DNA from: Felis catus
Lineage: Eukaryota
Length of the DNA: 64,000 nt
Reading direction: 5' to 3'
NCBI RefSeq assembly: GCF_018350175.1
Contig: NC_058373.1
Coordinates: forward strand, 101,372,001-101,436,000
The translations under genes were made by a program, and so were the position numbers. Under the pieces are notes generated by a model, which searched no databases, was not told the DNA's origin, and saw only the letters and a program-made list of their open reading frames with translations. Below, in pieces: positions 60,691 through 64,000 of this stretch (position 1 is the first letter of the stretch; each line of letters opens with the position of its first letter).

Positions 60691-63029
60691 GTAAGCATAA
60701 TTATTTTTTCCAATTTTGCCTCCTATGAAAATAACCACAGAATACTTTCCCTTTTAAAGAAATAGAAAGCCAACAATCAGGCGACTCTGAAAGTCACCTA
60801 CAACTCTCATGCCTGGATATTCTCAGTTTTGGTCCTCCATGCTTTATACATGAGGTTTTCATGACATAATCTATAGAAAGATGATCTATAAGAAGAAGTT
60901 CTGACTCTTCAAACAAAAAAGAAAAACAAAACAAACCTAAAACAGAAAACGAACAAACAAAAAACTTTATCATTCACATTCTCTTATAGTGTAAAGAACA
61001 TCATCTGTTAAATTCAATTCTCCCTTCCCCCACCTCTCTCCATTCTCCATTATAGTCCCTTGATAAATCATCCCTCTGAATGGGTTTTTTTTTTCTTTTT
61101 TCAATTGTCAGGAGCATTCCTGCTGTGTCTGGGCATCAACCTCTTCTTTGGAATTTGATTAATTTCATGCACTTGACCTAACTTAGAAGACAGACTGTAC
61201 TTCCAATGCACTTCAGTTGACAAAATTAAATAAAACCCTAACCAAAGAAGCACAAGAATCATGCTTCTATACCATTAAAGTCAATGTTTCGCATTAGCAT
61301 TGACAGAAATTCATTGTCCAAATAAGAAACAGAACAAAAAGTCCTAACATGACAATGGTAGAGACCACTGTGCAAATGGAAAAAGAGAGGCTGGAGAGTG
61401 ACTTCATGCAGAGGGAGTCTGGGAAGGTCTGCAGGATCTGAGCTGGGTCTGCAGAGAATTCCAGAGGGAACGCTTTTAATCATCCCAACTCCCTATCACC
61501 ACTTTGGAAGTTTGTATAATTGCTCAGACCAGAGCACCTTTGAGTAAGGGGAGTAAAAGAAATGAAGTTTATTTTGTAACTAAAGATCAGAAGTAGCTTT
61601 GCAATCATGTCCTTTCTCAAGTCACATGTAAATCATTCAACTGTGTATCCCCATCACTTTGCCAGAATTTAACTTAATTCAAACAGCTAGGCATAAACAC
61701 CAACTGAGTTGGAAAAAAATCCGTTTCTCTCACGAAAACCAACTTGGTCTACCAGCCTAATTGTCTGAATCTTCTGTTCATCTCACTACAGGATGTTCAG
61801 CCATTGAGAACTTAATTAAAGCATGGCTGTCAATCCATTCCCATAGAAATGGAAAAGGGGAAAGTGGACCCTGACACCTCTAGCATCCTACTCCCAGCTG
61901 GTGACTTGAACACACTGTCCAGCAATTCAGGTTCTCCCCTGCCCATAGGGCGGATGTGAGGAGCCTGGGCTGAACTAGCATTTTTCCCACAACCCTGGGG
62001 TCTGCACCACTTCACACTCCAAGAGGAGTTTTGTTGTTGTTGGCATCTTCCTCTCACTTTCTACAGATAAAGCATCTCTTAACTGATGAATGGAAGTGAG
62101 CTTCCATTTCCTTCTGTATTACTCTCTTAAGAGATTTGGCAAAAGGGCTGGATTCTTACTCATCCTCAGATGGGATGCCTGCTCTCTGCACTGTGCCAAT
62201 GGCCCCAAATGAGCTAGAAAGATATAGGTAGTCATTCCCCCTTTCAAATATTCAGCATGACATGATACTGCCCTGGATAGCAGAGACTCTGGCTCCCTGG
62301 CCAATGGTGGAGATGTGTTTTGGGGATTTCGGAATGCTGGTTCCCTAGCCAAGGAGCGCAAGAATTCAGGAATGTGGTGGCTGTTTTTAGTGGCTCATAC
62401 ATTTAAGCATTAGGCCTGCTTGTCCCTATATCAACTCTAAAACTGCTTTAGTTGCCTACTTCTGGAAATTAAAGAATTCTGTCCATTTCTATATGTGTCA
62501 GATTATATTTGGTTTCTTTTCCAACCATCAGATAAAGTATTTCTGCAAAACAAGTTGCTGGCCTTTTGCTTGTCTAGTGGTTGAACTTCAGGTATAGAAG
62601 CCATACTCATTCATTCCCTTCCTTATTCAATAAATGTTTATTAAACACCTCTTACATACCACGTGCTAAAAAAGAGATTTTTAAAAGAAAGGGCCCTCAG
62701 AAATTACCTTTTTAGAAGGGTTCAAGAAAGGTGTTTGCTACTTTAAATCTACAAGAAATTCCACAAGCTCTTGCACAACTGCTGTAGAAGTGAATCCTAC
62801 AAAGATTGAGAAATTCTTTCTATGGCCCAAAACTGTTCTTGATGCCAGTCCTGACTCATTCATTGGCTTGAGTGAAGACAGAGAGTGACAGCTTCAGCAT
62901 AACTTGTGGAACAGTCCTCTGTTTATTCCTTGCCATTAGGTCACCAATTCCCTTTCTTATCTTGCTCAAAGAAGTCTACAATACTTTTGTTTTTATTTAT
63001 GGGACCTTTAATTACTTTAATCATATTGG

Positions 63030-63270
63030 CTATTCTTATTCAACAAGCATTTATTAAATGATCAGGGAAAGCTTCAGAGAAGAGGAATAATTGCATCTTT
63101 AAAGGGTTTAAACAGACTGAAAGGGAGGGCATTGTAGGAGAGGGACTAGCATAAGCAGAGGCACAGAAGTACGGCAGATTAATAAATCAAATGAGGGTGG
63201 GATGAAGTGCTGAATGGGAGAAAAGAGACAAGTTGGGAGAACTCTGCCATAATCCAACTTTTCCCTGGAG
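63030..63270 (-). mobile_element. L2 fragment
   Basis: ATTCAACAAGCATTTATTAAATG joined to ATCAGGGAAAGCTTCAGAGAAGAGG...AGCATAAGCAGAGGCACAGA. Confidence 0.6.
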
Positions 63271-63297
63271 ACTGTTTCCAAGACCTTTAGATATCTT

Positions 63298-63730
63298 TTG
63301 TCAAGGATATTTTAATTATAAGCAATATAAACCTACATTTTTACTCAAGCAATAAAGGAAAATTTATTATAAAGAATCAGCAGTAGTCCAGTGAACCCAA
63401 AGGCAGGATCACAAGAAATAAAGCATGGGAAATAGCTGTTCTCTCTCTCTCTTTCCCTTTCCCCACCTCACGCACTCTTCTGCTTACTCCTGCCCATCTA
63501 ACTTGTCTTCTCTCTGTAGTTGTTTTTCAGCTTCTCCATGTGCCTGGCTGCCCTCACTGCTCCTGACCATACCAGCTCCATACAAGTCCCCCAGGAGCGA
63601 GTAGGTAGGATCAACATAACCCAATTCCAATCATCAGGACGGATCATTTGATTGGTCCAGCTGGAGTTAGATCTCCATACCCAGTTGACCAACCGTGACG
63701 CAGGCAGGGCTAAGTAATGCAAAAGCGGCT
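63298..63730 (-). mobile_element. Very old MLT1-type LTR
   Basis: AAGCAATAAAGGAAAATTTATT (reverse polyA region) and TGATTGGTCCAGCTGGAGTTAG...CCCAGTTGACCAA resemble old MLT1K-N LTRs. Confidence 0.4.
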
Positions 63731-64000
63731 CTACATCCAGTTGCAGGTAGGTGGCTGATTGCCAGAGAGTACTTGGGTGTGGCAACAGACACCAGATGGA
63801 AACATGCAGGTGTGAATTTTCCTGTAAAGGGGACTGAAGATGATGCACCCTTTCAATGAAATGTTCCAGTCACCCTGGCAAAGCAGTGTGGGTGGACAGA
63901 ATGCCTGAGTAAGGCTCAGGAAAGGAGAAACCAAATATCAGTGCCAGGGTCTGAGGGCCTAAAACCATGAGGAACAATGGAAGGAACTATAGCTGCTTTC

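Overview
Mammalian genomic DNA from a cat-family animal (Felidae), judged from the many tRNA-derived CanSINE copies of SINEC_Fc type and the carnivore/felid L1 3' UTRs. I recognise no host protein-coding exon, rRNA, tRNA gene or CRISPR array. The window looks like an intergenic or long intronic segment, roughly half of it transposable-element relics. The main structures are: (1) a decayed minus-strand class III (ERVL; HERV16/ERV3-16A3-like) provirus with an LTR16C-like 5' LTR at 11.5-17.3 kb, interrupted by an L1MB, two SINEs and an MLT1A; (2) a carnivore L1 with a twin-priming 5' inversion at 26.0-29.9 kb; (3) a near full-length ancient L1MB-class element at 30.8-41.4 kb carrying two younger L1s and six SINEs, including a triple nested SINE; (4) a collapsed MLT1A provirus at 53.4-53.9 kb; and (5) scattered L2, MIR, MER5, MER63 and MLT1 relics. 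Every longer ORF I can assign is an L1, L2 or ERVL remnant or a chance ORF. The best candidates for function are the repeat-free island at about 20.8-23.9 kb (dense HOX/PBX/FOX motif cluster, paired E-boxes, retained CpGs, splice signals) and an exon-like segment on the minus strand at 10.7-11.0 kb with a strong Kozak ATG followed by a GTGAGT donor. Subfamily names come from recalled consensus sequences and need RepeatMasker/Dfam confirmation. I found no convincing new biological system.
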